Of a stretch of 64,000 nt of DNA, positions 1 through 15,030 are shown in pieces; position 1 is the stretch's first letter; each line of letters opens with the position of its first letter. The position numbers were made by a program, and so were the translations under genes. Below the pieces are notes generated by a model. The model saw nothing but the letters and a program-made list of their open reading frames with translations, searched no databases and had not been told where the DNA came from. This DNA comes from the human T2T-CHM13v2.0 reference genome, Homo sapiens. The stretch is taken from NCBI RefSeq assembly GCF_009914755.1, contig NC_060934.1. One strand, 5' to 3'.

Positions 1-904
1 GAGAATTCCTGGGCATAGCCATGCCCTCACTTGTGCTTCCACTGCCACATGGGGTTGCTGGACTGTTGTCCACTTCCTCAGGGGCATCTGCTTCCTCAGA
101 ACAGGGCCTGGGCATTTTGTCACCTAGGATTCCAGTGCCAGCACAGAGAGTGGGCTCAGCTGCAGACACTCAGCAATGTTGACTGAATCAGGAGGCAGCA
201 GGTGACTCGATGTTATGGGCTCACGGGAAAACCCCTCTCCTCTTCAGAGGGCCTTACCCTGAGGCGGCCTCACCCCAGTTGTCTTCACTGGGTAAGGGTC
301 TCTTTGCCCACCCGCTGCTGCCTCACTAACCTTCCTGGCCTCAGACAAATCTAAACTCAAGTCAAAACCAGGGTGAAGATGGGCCTACGTCAGCTCCAGA
401 GAGGGACAGCCTGAGTTCCCCTCCCTCTGGTCCCATTTCCTTGGGAGGATCAGCCTCTTCCTGGATGATGACACCAGGGCTCTTCACCCCCTAGGGAGGG
501 GTCCAGCCCATGTCTGTGGCTCTGGTCTGGGCCCTGAGGGGACACACAGTAAGTGGCAAACACAGACGGACCAGGCCGAGAGCAAGACAACATCCTCAAT
601 GGTTAAGATGTATAGGCCAGAGGGAAATTGATCAGGAAATGAACTTAGAAGTATCCAGGGACTGATGGGGAAGGAGCTGTATTTGGAGGACCTGTGATGC
701 AAGTTACAGAATCAAAGATGTGGCCCCTGGTTTTGCTGTGTCCTCCTGGAATGGGTAGCAGGACAGGAGCCACCATGCAGAGGGTGGTCACACACTCGGG
801 CTTGCTTTAACCTGGGTCTTTCCTTACCAATGCATTTCTGGCTACACTGGGGAAAACGAGGTGGCTAACACATTTTTTTTAGGTGTTAGAAGACCTGTGT
901 GCAC

Positions 905-1365
905 TTTCTCTCTTTCTCCCTGCACTCCAGCCACACTGGCCTTTGAGTTTGTAGAATGCCTACACTCTGCTCTGCCTCAGGGCCTTTGCACGTACTGTGC
1001 TCACTTTATGGAAAGCTTTACTCTCAATCTCATCCAATCTCTTTAATTATTTGAATGCTATCCATCCTTCAACATTCAGTTCAAATATCATAGCCAGTAA
1101 AATCTGCTGTAATAAACTCTCTTAGTTTCCTCCAATTTTTCTTCCTAATATTTATCTCAGTTTGTAGTCATGTATTCTTGCGATGGTTGGGCTAATATCT
1201 GCCTCCTCACTAGTGTTTAACCTCTAGTAAACACTAGAGGTTTAATCTCTGAGGTCACATCTCTGAGGGCAGAGATATGAGTGACCGGTCCAGTCTTATT
1301 CCCAACATCAAGGCCAGAGCCTGTCAGGCAGCAAATGCTTAGTAAGCATTTGTTGAGTTGACTTT
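905..1365 (+). mobile_element. L2 LINE 3' fragment
   Basis: ctccagccacactggcc...gcctcagggcctttgcac...tagtaagcatttgttgagttga, typical of the L2 3' end. Confidence 0.7.
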
Positions 1366-1552
1366 GAATTGTCAGAGCCAGAGGGTCGGTTTAGCATTGA
1401 CACATGGGGGACATCATGGGAGAAGCCACGTTTTGTTAGGACCTGGCCCTGGGGAGATTTCTTAAGCCAAAGGCTTTGGGTCTGCCACCCTTCCATCCAA
1501 GGAGAAGTCTGAAGACAGGGTCAGCATTTTGTTTGTCCTCCACAGTTGCTAA

Positions 1553-1848
<296 letters not shown>

Positions 1849-2216
1849 CCACAGTTGCTAACTTTTAACACACAGGACATTTCATGTAAAAATTGTGACT
1901 TGCAGCTTCTTTTGAAGAATCTGAAGTCAAGCAGCCCTGGCCTGCATTTGTGCATGGCTACCTTTGTGGGATCTTGGTCACAGCTGACCCTTTGGGTGGG
2001 CATGCTACTCTTCAGTTAGTTGGGCCCTCTTCACTAGTTTTTTCACTAGTTTTTAGCACCTGCTTGCCCCTGTTAGCAGGTATGGACTTTTACCTGAACA
2101 CTCAGATTAGAAAGAGATGGAAAAACCACATGGCCTTGCAGAATAAGGGAGATCTCATCTCCATGCAATGAGGAATCAGTGGCAGGCCTCTTTGCAGAAC
2201 CTCCCTGGAAGGGAAT

Positions 2217-2681
2217 TGCTATGGTTGCATGTGTCCCACAAAGTTTATGTGTTGGAAACTTAATCCCCAATGCAGCAGTTTTGAGAGGAGGGAGTAATGT
2301 ACAGAAAAATATCCAGAAATCTGTACAGTTGATATGGCTTGGCTCTATGTCCCTACCCAAATCTCCTGTTGAATTGTGGTCTTTAGTGTTGGAGGAGAGG
2401 CCTGGGGGGAGATGATTAGATCATGGGGGCAGATTTCCCCCTTGCTGTTCTTGTGATAGTGAGTGAGTTCTCATGAGATTACCACTTCCCCTCCTGCTCC
2501 GCCATGTGAAGGATGTGTTTGCTTTCTCTTCCCCTTCTTCCATGATTTTAAGTTTTCTGAGGCTTCCCCAACCATGCTTCCTGTACAGCCTGTGGAACTG
2601 TGAGTCAACTAAACCTCTTTAACTCATAAATTACCCAGTCTCAGGTCATTCTTTATAGCAGTGTGAGAACAGATTAGTACA
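2217..2681 (+). mobile_element. MaLR LTR(s), MST-like
   Basis: tgatatggcttggctctatgtccctacccaaatctc...ttctttatagcagtgtgagaacagattagtaca, preceded by a second LTR 5' fragment from about 2217. Confidence 0.8.
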
Positions 2682-3696
2682 ACAGGGTTCCCCATGGATC
2701 TGTTATAAAAATTAGGTTGTGGATGTCTATCATGAAACTCCAGGAGGCTGGGCAAAGGGTGATTGGAAAGCAGTGAGCAGGCACTTTCAGAGCTCATGTG
2801 GGACATGGGCGGGACCCCTGCATTCCTACCAGCCAGAGTGGAGCGTCCTTGTAGAAAATCTGGTGCGTTCAGTTGAGATCCCAGAAAAGTCATGTCTTGG
2901 CAGGAGGAGTAAAGAAGCCCTAAATAAAGTCTAATCTAACCCCTTTCCTTCAGTCAAAGCTTCAAAACAAACCTCAAAAGGGTCAGGGTAATTTCTAAGT
3001 AACTCAGCTGGCTGCCAGAAAAATATCTACCAATCTTTAGAGGAGGACAACAAAATCTAGCATTAAGTAAGGTATAATTAACAATGTTCGGTGTCATATA
3101 AGAAATACAGACATGTAAAGATGCACAGAAGTGCAACTCCTACCAAGAGAAAAACCAGTCAATAGAAACACACTCAGGAATGATGGATGTTGGAAATAGC
3201 ACACAAAGGATTGAAAACACCAATTACAGATATACACACGAATTTAAAGGAAACATGAAAGTAATCATCAAAGAAGGAGAAAAATTAAAAAGGAAATACA
3301 AGGGCCAAAAATAAAAATCTTAAATAAAAAAATTTCTTTATGAAATGAACAGATTAGACGTGAAGAAGAAAAGATCAGTGAACTTGAAAGTTGCAATAGA
3401 AACTTTCAAAACTAAAATTCAGTCAAAAGAGACTAAAAAGAAAATTTAAATGAATCTTTAGTAACCTGTGGGAAAATATTCATGCAAGTATATGGATCAC
3501 ATACTTGTAATTGGAAGCTGAGAAGGAAAGGAAAGAGGGAAGAGAAAAAATATTTGAAGAAATAATGGTAAAAAATGCTCCAAATTTGATGAAACATACA
3601 AAACCACCCATCCATGATGCTCAATAGATCAAAAGCAAGATAAGCACAAAGAAAACTATGCAAGGTAAAACATAATCCAATTGCTAAATGCCAGTG

Positions 3697-3982
3697 GCTA
3701 AGAAATGTGGGTGGGCTTCATCAAATCTATTGAAGATCTGAATAGAACAGACAGACTGACTCTCCTGCAAGTAAGAGAGAATTTCATCCTGCCTGACTGC
3801 TTTGAGCTGGGAGGTGGTTTTTTTTTTTTCCTGCCATTTTTGAACTGAAGTATCAGCTTTTTATGAGTCTTGAGCCTGCCAGCCTTTGAACTGGAAGTAC
3901 ACCATTGGCTCTGCTGTTTCCAGCTTACTAACTGCAGATTTTGGGACTTGTCAGCCTCAATAATCATAGGAGCCAATTCCTT

Positions 3983-4013
<31 letters not shown>

Positions 4014-4100
4014 ATGCATATGTACAAAATTATATATAGTTATATATTATATTTAAGTATAATCATATCTATCTATTCCAAAATTGGGTCTCTAATCTGA
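3697..4100 (+). mobile_element. MLT2-like LTR with (CA)n inside the L1
   Basis: gtgggtgggcttcatcaaatctattgaag...ttgggacttgtcagcctc...agccaattcctt followed by (CA)n. Confidence 0.7.
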
Positions 4101-6393
4101 TTACACTTTAAGTTGCTAATAACTTTATTTCCAATTGTAAAGAGAGCACTAATAGTCCATGGCATGATCTAGCAATAAAGATATCACCACTGGATACTCC
4201 TAATCAACCCCTTATAAGAGACAAGGAGCTGGGTAACTGTGTATACTTTCAATTATTTTCCTCACACTAACAAATATAATAAGACTCACCAGGTGTTTCT
4301 AATGTGAAGTGATACTAAGTGGACAAAGGATGAAAAACACTTAATGGTAAGTATGTGGGTAAATACAAAGGCTTTTCTCATTTTTAAATTTCCTTAAAAG
4401 ATAATTGATTGTTTAAACAAAAATAATAACAACGTACTGTGTGGCTTATAACCTATTAAAGCAAAATATGTAATGATAGCATGATGGACAGAATGGAGGA
4501 AACAGAAGTATATGGTTGTAAGGTCTTACATTGTACATAAAGTGTTATAATAGTATATTTGTAATGAGCTAATGATACATATTGTATACCCTCATGCAAC
4601 CACTAAACATGAAGCCAGAGTTATAGCTAATGAACTCACAGTGGAGATAAAATAGAACCATAAACATTTTTAATTCCTCTAAAAGAAATCAAGAAAAGAG
4701 AAATAAAGGATGAAGAACAGATGAAATAAACAGAGAACAAATGACAAATGGTAGATTTATACCCAACTATACTGATAATTATATAAAATGAAAATGGTCT
4801 AAAAATTCCAATAAAAAGACAAATATTTTTAGACTGTATAATAAGGCAAGACTCAACTCTATGTTGTCTGAAGACCTCAATAATTTAAAGGCACAGGTAG
4901 GTCAAAAGTAAGAGGATGGAAAAAAATATACCATGTAGCACCAATTATAACAAAGTTGGAGGGGCTAGTTAAATATCAGAAAAAGTAAACTTCAGAACAA
5001 GAAATATGCAGAACAAGAAATAAATGAGAATATTTCATAATGATAAATTTATCAGAAAGAGAAAAATTGTAAACATATATTCACCTAATAATAGAACTTC
5101 AAAATATGACAAAGAAATGGACAGAAATGAAGGGGGAAGTAGAGAAATCTACACTTATATTTACAAATTGTCATACTTGTTTCTCAGTAACTTATAGAAC
5201 AAGTAGAAAAAATGAATAAAGGGGAAGGACACTTGAACAATACTACTAACCAACTTGATTTAATTGATGCCTATAGAACCTTCTACCTAAATACAGATTT
5301 TTAGGTGTAGTGTTCTATATCCTAGGAATGCAAAGTCAGTTTAATCAACAGCGCAATAAATCAATCAATGCAATTCACCATATTCATAGAATCCACATTG
5401 TTTCCAACTGAACACAAAACTTTCATTATAATGGACCATATCTGGGGCAGAAAACAACTTTATACATTTAAGAGGACCAAAATAATATAGAACATGTTAT
5501 CTAAATTCAGTGGAACTAAAATAGAAGTTAATAGCAGAAGGATATCTAGAAAATCCCCAAGTATTTGGAAACTGAGCAACATGCTTTTAAATAATACATG
5601 GATCAAAGAGAAAATCACAAAAGATATTTTAAAATAATTTTTCCTAAATAAGAATTAGAACACAGACTATCAAAATTTTTGTAATGATTAGAGACAAATT
5701 TATAACTTTAAATGATTTTTATTAGAAAATATAAAAAGTCCAAGGTCAATGATTTAAGCTTTACTTTTAGAAGTTGGAAAAAGAGGAGCCAATTAAACCT
5801 AATGTAAGTAGAAGAAAGGAAATCAAGTTAATAGCAGAAAACAATGTAATGGAAAAAGGAATAATAAAGAAAGTCAATAAGATAAAAAGTTCTTTGAAAA
5901 GATCAATAAAATTGATAAACTCCTAATAAAAAGTCATAAAACAAACTACCAACATCACTAATAAAAGAGGGAATAAAAATTACAGACTATGTAGAGATTA
6001 AAGAAATAATATGGGGATATTATAGAAGCTTTACGGCAACAAATTTGACAACCCAGAGGAAATGGGAAAATTTTTCAAAAGAAAAATTACTAAAGCCCAG
6101 TGAAGAAAAAATAGATAATCTGAATAGCTTTATAACCGTTAAAGAAATTAACTTTGTAATTAAAAACCTTCACACAAGGAAAATTCCGGGCTCCAGTGAC
6201 TTCTCTAGTGAATTCAATCAAATATTTAAGGAAGTAGTAGTATCACTTTTATACAAACTTGCAGAAAGTAAAGGAGGAGGAAAGACTTTCTAACTTAATT
6301 TATGGGATCAGCATAATCCTGATATCAAACTCAGAGAAAAGATACTACAAGAAAAAAATCTTATAGGCCAATGTCCACAAGGAATATACATGC

Positions 6394-6731
<338 letters not shown>

Positions 6732-8425
6732 TCAGTATGTTGAATCTAGGAATATATGTAGAGGGTAATACACTATGACCAAGAGTGCTTATCCTAGAAA
6801 TGCAAAGTTAATCAGTGCAATTGACCAATCAATGAATGCAATTCTAGCAGTTTAAAGCAGAAAACCCAGGTGATGATCTAGATAGATGTTATAAAAGCAT
6901 TTGACAATATGCAATACTCATTCACGATGTACTTTTTTTTAAAAAAATAAAATCCTCTTAAAACACTGGCGTAGAAGGGAAATTCATCAACCTGAAAAAA
7001 TGCTGTCATGAAAAACCTACAGGTATTATCAAATTTGATAGTGAAAGACATAATGTTTTCCTCCTCAGGTTGGGAGTGAGGCAGGAATGTCCACTTTTGC
7101 CATGATCATTCAACATTGTACCAAAAGTCCTAGGTGGTGCAATAAGGTAAGAGGAAATACCGACATAAGATTCGAAAGGAGGAGGTAAAACTGAATCCAT
7201 TCATAGAAGAAATAATAATGTACTTGAAAATCCTAAGGAATTTACAAAAAGTTACTAAAATAAGCGAATTTAGCAAGGTCATAAGATACAATGGTCAGTA
7301 AACAAAAGATCAGTTGTTTTCCTAAATTGTGGCAATTTGGAAGATTAAATTATATAAATAATACTGTCTATAGTACCATTTGAAAATACTTACAAGATGA
7401 GCAAAATCTCTGTGTAAAAAACTATGAAACATTGTGGAGACAAAGTGAATTGCCAATATTGTTAAGAAGTCAGCTCTCCTGATTTTTGGTTGAAATTGAC
7501 AAAGCGATTCCAAAATCTACATGGAAGTACAAATAATCTAGAATAATCAAAGCAATTTTTACAAAGAATGAATGTTGAGGACTTATCTACTTTATTTCAA
7601 GATTACAGGAAAGCGAGTAATGAAGACATGTGGTATAGGTTTCAGTTTAGACAATTCGTCAGTGGAACAGAATCAGATGTCCTGTTTCTGGACATACATA
7701 ATATGTTGATTCCTAACAAAGTTACCAAAGTAATTTGATGGGGAAAAAGATAGTCTTTGAATAAATGGTGCTAAAACAAGTGAAGATCTATACATGAAAA
7801 AAGTGAACTTCAACCCTTACCTATACCATAACTTGAAATGTATCACAGACAAAAATAAAAGCTAAATTTGTAAAGCTTCTAGAGAAAAACATAAGAGAAA
7901 ATCTTCACAACTTGGGCAGGCAAAGATTTCTCAGGGCACATAAAATTTTCGAGGAAAAAAATTGATAAATGGGCCTTATTGAAATTAAAAGTTTTTGGTC
8001 TACAAAAGACACCATGAAGAAAATGAAAGGGCAAGTTGCAGACCAGGAGAAAATATACACAGGTATTTGGCAAAGTAATGGTATGCAAAAATTAAAAAGA
8101 ACCCTGGAAGATCAGTAAGAAGAAGACAAAACAACTTTATCAAAATGGGCAGAAAATTTTGAGCAAACACTTCCCGAAACAACCAATAAACACATAAAAA
8201 GATGCACTGCAGCATTACACATCAGGGAAATGTGACGACCCCTCACACCATGAGGATGCCTGAACTTAAAGATCAACAATTCTGAATTTTTGTAAGAATC
8301 GGGAGCAACTAGAACTCTTGTACAATGTTAGTGGAAATTCAGGATTAATGCTGTCACTTCGAAAAACAGTTTGGAAGTTTCTTATGAATTTAAATATATA
8401 CTTACTATACAAACCAGAAATTTCC

Positions 8426-9572
8426 ACATCAAGTTAAAAAGCTGCACAGCAAAGGAAATGACAAAGTGAAGAGACAGCCTACAGAATGGGAGAAAATATT
8501 TGCAAACTACCCATCTGATCAATAACCAGAATCTATGCAAAGCTCAAACAACTAAATAGGAAGAAATCTAATAATATAATTAAAAATGGGTAAAATATCT
8601 GAATAGACGCTTCTCAAAAGAGGTCATACAAATGACACATAGGCATATGAAAAGGTGCTCAACATCATTGATTGTCAGAGATATGCAAATCAAAACTACA
8701 ATGGGATCTCATGTCAACCCGGTTAAAGTGGCTTTTATCCAAGAAAGGCAATAACAAATGTTGGTGAGGATGTGGAGAAAAGTGAACCCTTATACACTGT
8801 TGGTGGGAATGTAAATTAATACAGCCACTAGGATGAACAGTATGGAGGTTCCCCAAACAACTGAAAATAGAACTACCCTATGATCCAGCAATCCTACTGG
8901 TAGGTAAATACCCAAAAGAAAGGAAATTAGTATATCAAAGAGACAGCTGCACTTCCATGTTTATTGCAACACTATTCACAATAGCCAAGATTTGAAATCA
9001 CTCTAATTGTTCAACAATAGACAAATGGATAAAGAAACTGTGGTACATATATACGATGGAGTACGATTCAGCCATAAAAAAGAATAAGATCCTGTCATTT
9101 ACAACAACATGGATGGAATTAGAGGACATAATGTTAAATGAAATAAAAAAGGCACAGAAACACAAATTTTGCATGTTCTTACTCATTTGTGGGAGCTAAA
9201 AATTAAAAATATTGAACTCATGGAGATAGAGAGTGGAATGATGGTCACCAGAGCTGGGAAAAGGTTGTGGGTGTGGAGGGTGGGAAATGGAGATGGTTAA
9301 TGGGTACAAAAGTAGAGTTAAATACAATGAATAAGATGCAGTATTTGATAGCACAACAGGTTGGCCAGTCAACAATAATTTTTAGTATATTTAAAAATAA
9401 GTAAGCGTGTATAATTGGAATTTTTGTATCACAAAGAAATGATAAATGCTTGAGGTGATGGATACCTTGTTTACCCTGATGTGATTATTACGCATTGCAT
9501 GCCTGTATCAAAACACCTCATGTACTCCATAAATATATACACCTACTATGTACCCATAAAAATAAAAAAAAA
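8426..9572 (+). mobile_element. Younger 5'-truncated L1 (L1PB/L1MA-like 3' end) inserted in the older L1
   Basis: ORF2 end + 3'UTR + aataaa/A tail; imperfect TSD aaac(c)agaaatt(t)cc. Confidence 0.8.
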
Positions 9573-9841
9573 ACAGAAATTCCTCTCCTAGGTATTTATT
9601 TATTCAAGAGGAATAAAAACACCTGTGTTCACAAGGACTTATAAACAAATATTTATAACAATTTTAGTAGCCTCAAACTGGGGAAAAACCCCAGACAGTA
9701 GAATGGATAAGCAAATTGTGATATTGCTGCAGAATGGAACACTACCCAACATTAAAGCAGGAGAGATTACAGATACACATGACAAGGAGAATGGAGCCCA
9801 GAAACATTATGATGAGTGAAAGGAGCCCACACAAGAGACTA

Positions 9842-11352
9842 CAGTCATGGTGGTATAGTTTGGCTGTGTCCCCACCCAAATCTCATCTTGAATTCCCGTG
9901 TGTTGTGGGAGGGACCCAGTGGAGGGCAATGGAATCATGGGGGCAGATCTTTACTCTGCTGTTCTCATGATAGTGAATAAACCTCATGAGATGTGATGGT
10001 ATTATAAGGGGGAGTTCCCTTGCACAAGCTCTCTCTTTGCCTGCTGCTAACCATGTAAGACGCGACTTGCTCCTCCTTGCCTCCCGCCGTGATTGTGAGG
10101 CCTCCCCAGCCACCTGGAACTGTAAGTCCATTAAATCTTTTTTTTTTTTTGTAAATTGCCCAGTCTTGGGTATGTCTCTATCAGCAGCTTGAAAATGGAT
10201 TAATACACAACGATGCTCAATGACAGTGATGCGTTCTCAGAAACACATCATTAGGGGATTTTGTCATTGTGTGAACATCATAGAGTGTACTTACACAAAC
10301 CTAAATGGTACAGCCCATTACATACCTGGGCTCTATGGCATAGCCTGTTGCTCCTAGGCTACCAATCTGTGCAGCATGTGACTGTACTGAATACTGCAGG
10401 CAACTGTAACATGGTAATATTTGTATATCCAAACATAGCTAAACATAGGAAGGGTAGAGTGAAAATACAGCATAGAAGACAAAAAGTAGTGCACCTCTGT
10501 GGGGCATCTACCATGAATGAAGCTTGCAGGTCTGGAAATTGCTCTGGATGAGCTAGTGAGTGAGTGGTGAGTGAATGTGAAGTCCCAGGACATCATTGTA
10601 CACTATTACAGATTTTATAAACACTATAAACTTAGGCTACACTAAATGTATTTTAAATTTTTTTCTTCCTTCAATAATAAATGAACCTTAGCTTCTTTAT
10701 GTTATCAACTTTATTTTTTTAACTTTTTGACTTTTTTATATTAATACTTAGCTTAAGACACACGTTGTATAACTGTACAAAAATATTTTCTTTCTTTATA
10801 TCCTTATCCTATAAGCTTTTTTCTTTTTTTACATTTTAAATTAGAAAAAAATTAAAATGAAGACACACACATTAGCCCACACCTACCCAGGGTCAGGATT
10901 ATCAATATCACTGCGTTCCACCTCCACATCTTGTCCTACCAGATGGTCTTCTGGGGCCGTCATGCACATGGAGCTGTCATCTCCTGTGATGAGAGTGCCT
11001 TGTTCTGGAATCCCTCCTGAAGAACCTGCCTGAGGATGTGTTACATTAACTTTTTCTTTTTAATAAGTAGAAGGAGTGCATTGTAAAATAATCATGAAAG
11101 TATAGTATAGTAAATACATAAACTGCTAACAGTCATTTGTTATCATTGTCAAGTACTATGCACTGTACATAATTCTATGTGCTAGATTTTATACAACTGG
11201 CAGTGCAGGTTTGTTTACACCAGCATCACCACAAACACCTAAATAATACATTGCACTAGGTTGTTGCCAGGCGATAAGATTCTTTCAGCTCCATTATAAT
11301 TTAATGGGACCACCGTCTGTAGTTGACTGAAGTGTCACACAGCATGTGACTG
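9842..11352. mobile_element. Tigger3/Golem-like TcMar DNA transposon
   Basis: Termini ta|cagtcatg ... catgtgactg|ta (TIR with TA TSD); internal sequence typical of Tigger3. Confidence 0.8.
9848..10206 (+). mobile_element. THE1 solo LTR inserted in the left TIR of the Tigger3-like element
   Basis: tggtatagtttggctgtgtccccacccaaatctcatcttgaattcc...cagcagcttgaaaatggattaataca. Confidence 0.88.
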
Positions 11353-12434
11353 TATGCATATTCACCTCCTAGAACCCAGACTCATACGAAGAAGTAGGGA
11401 ATACCCTACTCGCAACCATGTTTTATTTCCTAGTTTCTTCCATTGGCCATTTTCTTTTTCAGGCTGGAGACTTCCCTCCCATCCCCACTGGCGTTCCCAG
11501 TCTCTCTGCCTCCTAAGTCTTCCTCTGTTGCTCTCTGGGGACCAGCTTGTGCAGCAGTTTTGTATCACTGTAGGGTAGGGCTTCAATGAGCCCTGTCCTG
11601 TGTCCTTCCCTGGCTCACTGCGTCTTACCTTCCCTTCCTCGCACAGCCCAGGGCCTGATACCACCTCCTGCAGTTGGTCATTCAGGAGCAGGGCACTCAG
11701 GGAAGGAGACGGCTCTGCTTCGAGTATAGCCTGGGCACCATCCACAAACGCCTTGGTGTTTGAACTCACCTGTGCATCCCAGATACAGGTATAGTCTCTC
11801 CAAAACAAAGGATGTAGGAAATATTTTTACTTCTCCACCTTTCCAAAGTATCCTTCCCTTAGTATCTCAGCAACCTTCCCCGGAGAGGCTCTTTGGGCTG
11901 TGGATGTAGTACCCAGTATCCTGGGCTGCAGATTCATTGATTTTCCAGGCTTTGATTGGGTATAATCATGCTCAGAGCTGAGCAAGGTTGGCAGTGAGTG
12001 GGCCACTGACATCAGCTTATTCATGATCTCTCTGTGCTCCGATTCTGACATGAACTTCCTTTTCTGTCTCAGAGGAGAGAGATTTCAGGGCTGTGAGCCT
12101 GAGGATGGACCAACACACACGTCAGTTGTGTCTCTGAGGACTAGAGATGGCCAGGACCCAGGACCCCAGCTAGCCTCCGGATGCTGCTGGCTGCTGGGGA
12201 CCCGTGACCTAAGGCACACCCCTCAAAACATTTTCTTTCATTCCTGTCAATCTCCTGTACTGGTGACTGGGCTGGGACCTCCTGCTGGCCTCCAGGGCCC
12301 CACCTGAGCCTCTGGTCCCGGCCTCAGTCAGGCCCAGGCCTAGGGGACCGGCTTCTTGTTTCCTTTCCCGAGAGCGCTCTGGGAGTCCTTACAATAGATT
12401 CCAACCCAGGCACTTTTGACAGTGAAAGAAGATT

Positions 12435-12948
12435 TGTATTATTTTCTTAGGGCTGCCGTAACAAATTGCCACAAACTTCATGGTTTAAAAGAACAGAAAT
12501 TTATTATCTCACGGTTCTGGAAGTCAGAAGTCCGAAATCACAGTGTCACAGGGCTGTGCTCCCTACTTAGGCTCCAGGCAAGGTTCTTCTTTGCTTTCCT
12601 GCTTCCAGTAGCTCCAAGCTTGGCTCGTGGCTCTGATCTCTGCCTCCAGCCTCCCATAGCCTTCTCCTCTGTGTGTGTCTCTCCTTTTCTGTCTCTTACA
12701 AGGACTGAGTACTCAAACTTATATCTAACAAAGTACTGGTATCAAAAATGTAAAAATTACTCCTGCAATTCAATAATAAGAAGACAAACAACTTAATTAA
12801 AAATGGCAAAGTCAGGATGAACTTACCCGAAGATCCTTAATTTAATTACATCTACAAAGCCGTTTTATCCAAATAAGGTTATAGTCACAGGATCCAGGAG
12901 TTTGGACCCAGACCAACCTTTTGTGGGGGCCACAATTCAACCCACTCC
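12435..12948 (-). mobile_element. MLT1-type LTR interrupted by a short L1 fragment
   Basis: tgtatt..ttcttagggctgccgtaacaaattgccac...ccacaattcaacccact; L1-like insert at about 12705-12812. Confidence 0.75.
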
Positions 12949-13032
12949 AGGATTTTAATAATAACTATTCCATAACAAAAGACAGAACACCATGACTGTC
13001 CCTCCATTCGCCTGCATGGCCTCTGAAACCTA

Positions 13033-13494
<462 letters not shown>

Positions 13495-13534
13495 CTATGC
13501 CGGAGGTACTCCCCGGCTAACCCTAGAAGCCAGT

Positions 13535-13849
13535 TGTATTAGTCCTTTTTCATGCTGCTATGAAGAAACACCCAAGACTGGGTAATTTCTAAAGAAAAGA
13601 GGTTTAATAGACTCACAGTTCTTCACAGGGCAGCAGGAGAGAGAATGAGTGTTAGCAGGAGAAATGCTGGGCACTTATAAAGCCATCAGATCTCACGAGA
13701 CTCACTCACTATCATGAGAACAGCATGGGGGAAACCGCCCCCATTATCCAATTACCTCCATCTATCTAGTCCTAACTTTAACACGTAGGGATTATGGGGA
13801 TCGTAATTCAAGATGAGGTTTTGGGTGGGGACACAGCCAAATCATATCA
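13535..13849 (-). mobile_element. THE1/MST-type LTR
   Basis: tgtattagtcctttttcatgctgctatgaagaaacacccaagactggg...ggggacacagccaaatcatatca. Confidence 0.85.
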
Positions 13850-14569
13850 ACGATGTTATCCTGTCAGAACTCAAGAGAAGGGTGAGGGCTGGGGGAGGGC
13901 CGGGGGATGAGCCCATCTGAAGTGGCCAGTGGAAGCAGTTGGCCTTCTGGAGAAGGAGGCAGGAAAGGCTGGGAGGTAGGTGGCCTTGGAGGCCCAGAGG
14001 GTAGGGGGAGAACATGGGGGTGGAGTGACAGCTGGACATCCCGAGGTAGAGACTGGAAAAGGAGGCCTAGGGAGTTCCAGATGTACCCACCTTTCTCTTT
14101 GTAACTTAATGCTGGTTGCATGACCTGTAGGTAACGTTGCAGGGGACTTGGGGTACAGTATGAGCTCTGTGGTTCCCTGCTTTGAGAAAAGGAATCCTCT
14201 TTACAAACTTTCTATGTGATTGTGGTGGGGGTAATAATAAAGAGAGCCCCCCACTGCCCACCACAAGGGCAGTCAGAGGACCCACATTGGCCAGAGTGTG
14301 TCACACATTGGATGTGCTTATTAGGTTGGGATCAGCACGTGGACAGCAGGGCCAACTAGGGTCCATTGTTAGGAAACTGAGTGCTGGGAGAGCAGTTGTC
14401 TCTCCTTCGGCATGTGCTCTAAGGAGTCTGAGCTTGGACCTGCTGAGCACCATAGCTGTCTCCTGGGGAGACTGTGTCTGAAGCTGGAGCCCAACAGAGC
14501 CCTGCAGAGGCCAGAGACGGGGAGGGAAAGTTCAGGACCTTGCTTGGACTCCTGGATCCAACCTCACTT

Positions 14570-15030
14570 CAAAGTCATGGTCACGGATTTCCCAGTTAGA
14601 GAGCTCACCTTGAGAGGTGGGGTCTCTGTCCCATCCCCTGGAATCTAGGTGAGCTCTATGACTTCTCTGACCCATAGAGTGAGGCATATGGTGCTGTGCC
14701 CGCTTCTAAGCTCAGGGCTAAGAGGCTGTCAGCTTCCACTTCCTGCCTTTCTGATCCAGATGCCATGCTGTGAGAAGGCCCAAGCCACATGGAGGAGCTG
14801 TGCCTAGGCCTGCAGACCACAGCCCTCACTCGGTTCCCAGCTGCCAGCTATGTGAGGAAGCCACTTGGGATGTCCAGCCCTGTCGGGCCTTTGGATGACT
14901 CAGACGCCATCTGACTAACCCAGGGAGAGACCCCACACAACAACTGCCTGGCTTAGCCAAGCCAACTCCTTCAACTGTGAAAGATGGTGACAAATTATTG
15001 TTTTAAGCCACTAGGTTTTGAGGTTATTAT
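14570..15030 (+). mobile_element. Old MLT1-type LTR
   Basis: tgccatgctgtgagaaggcccaagccacatggag...ttgttttaagccactaggttttgagg. Confidence 0.65.

Noticed and set aside
6045-6293. L1 ORF2-like peptides (also 28706, 35093, 37537, 39878) as active reverse transcriptase
   Set aside because: Short remnants of heavily mutated L1s with many stops and frameshifts.
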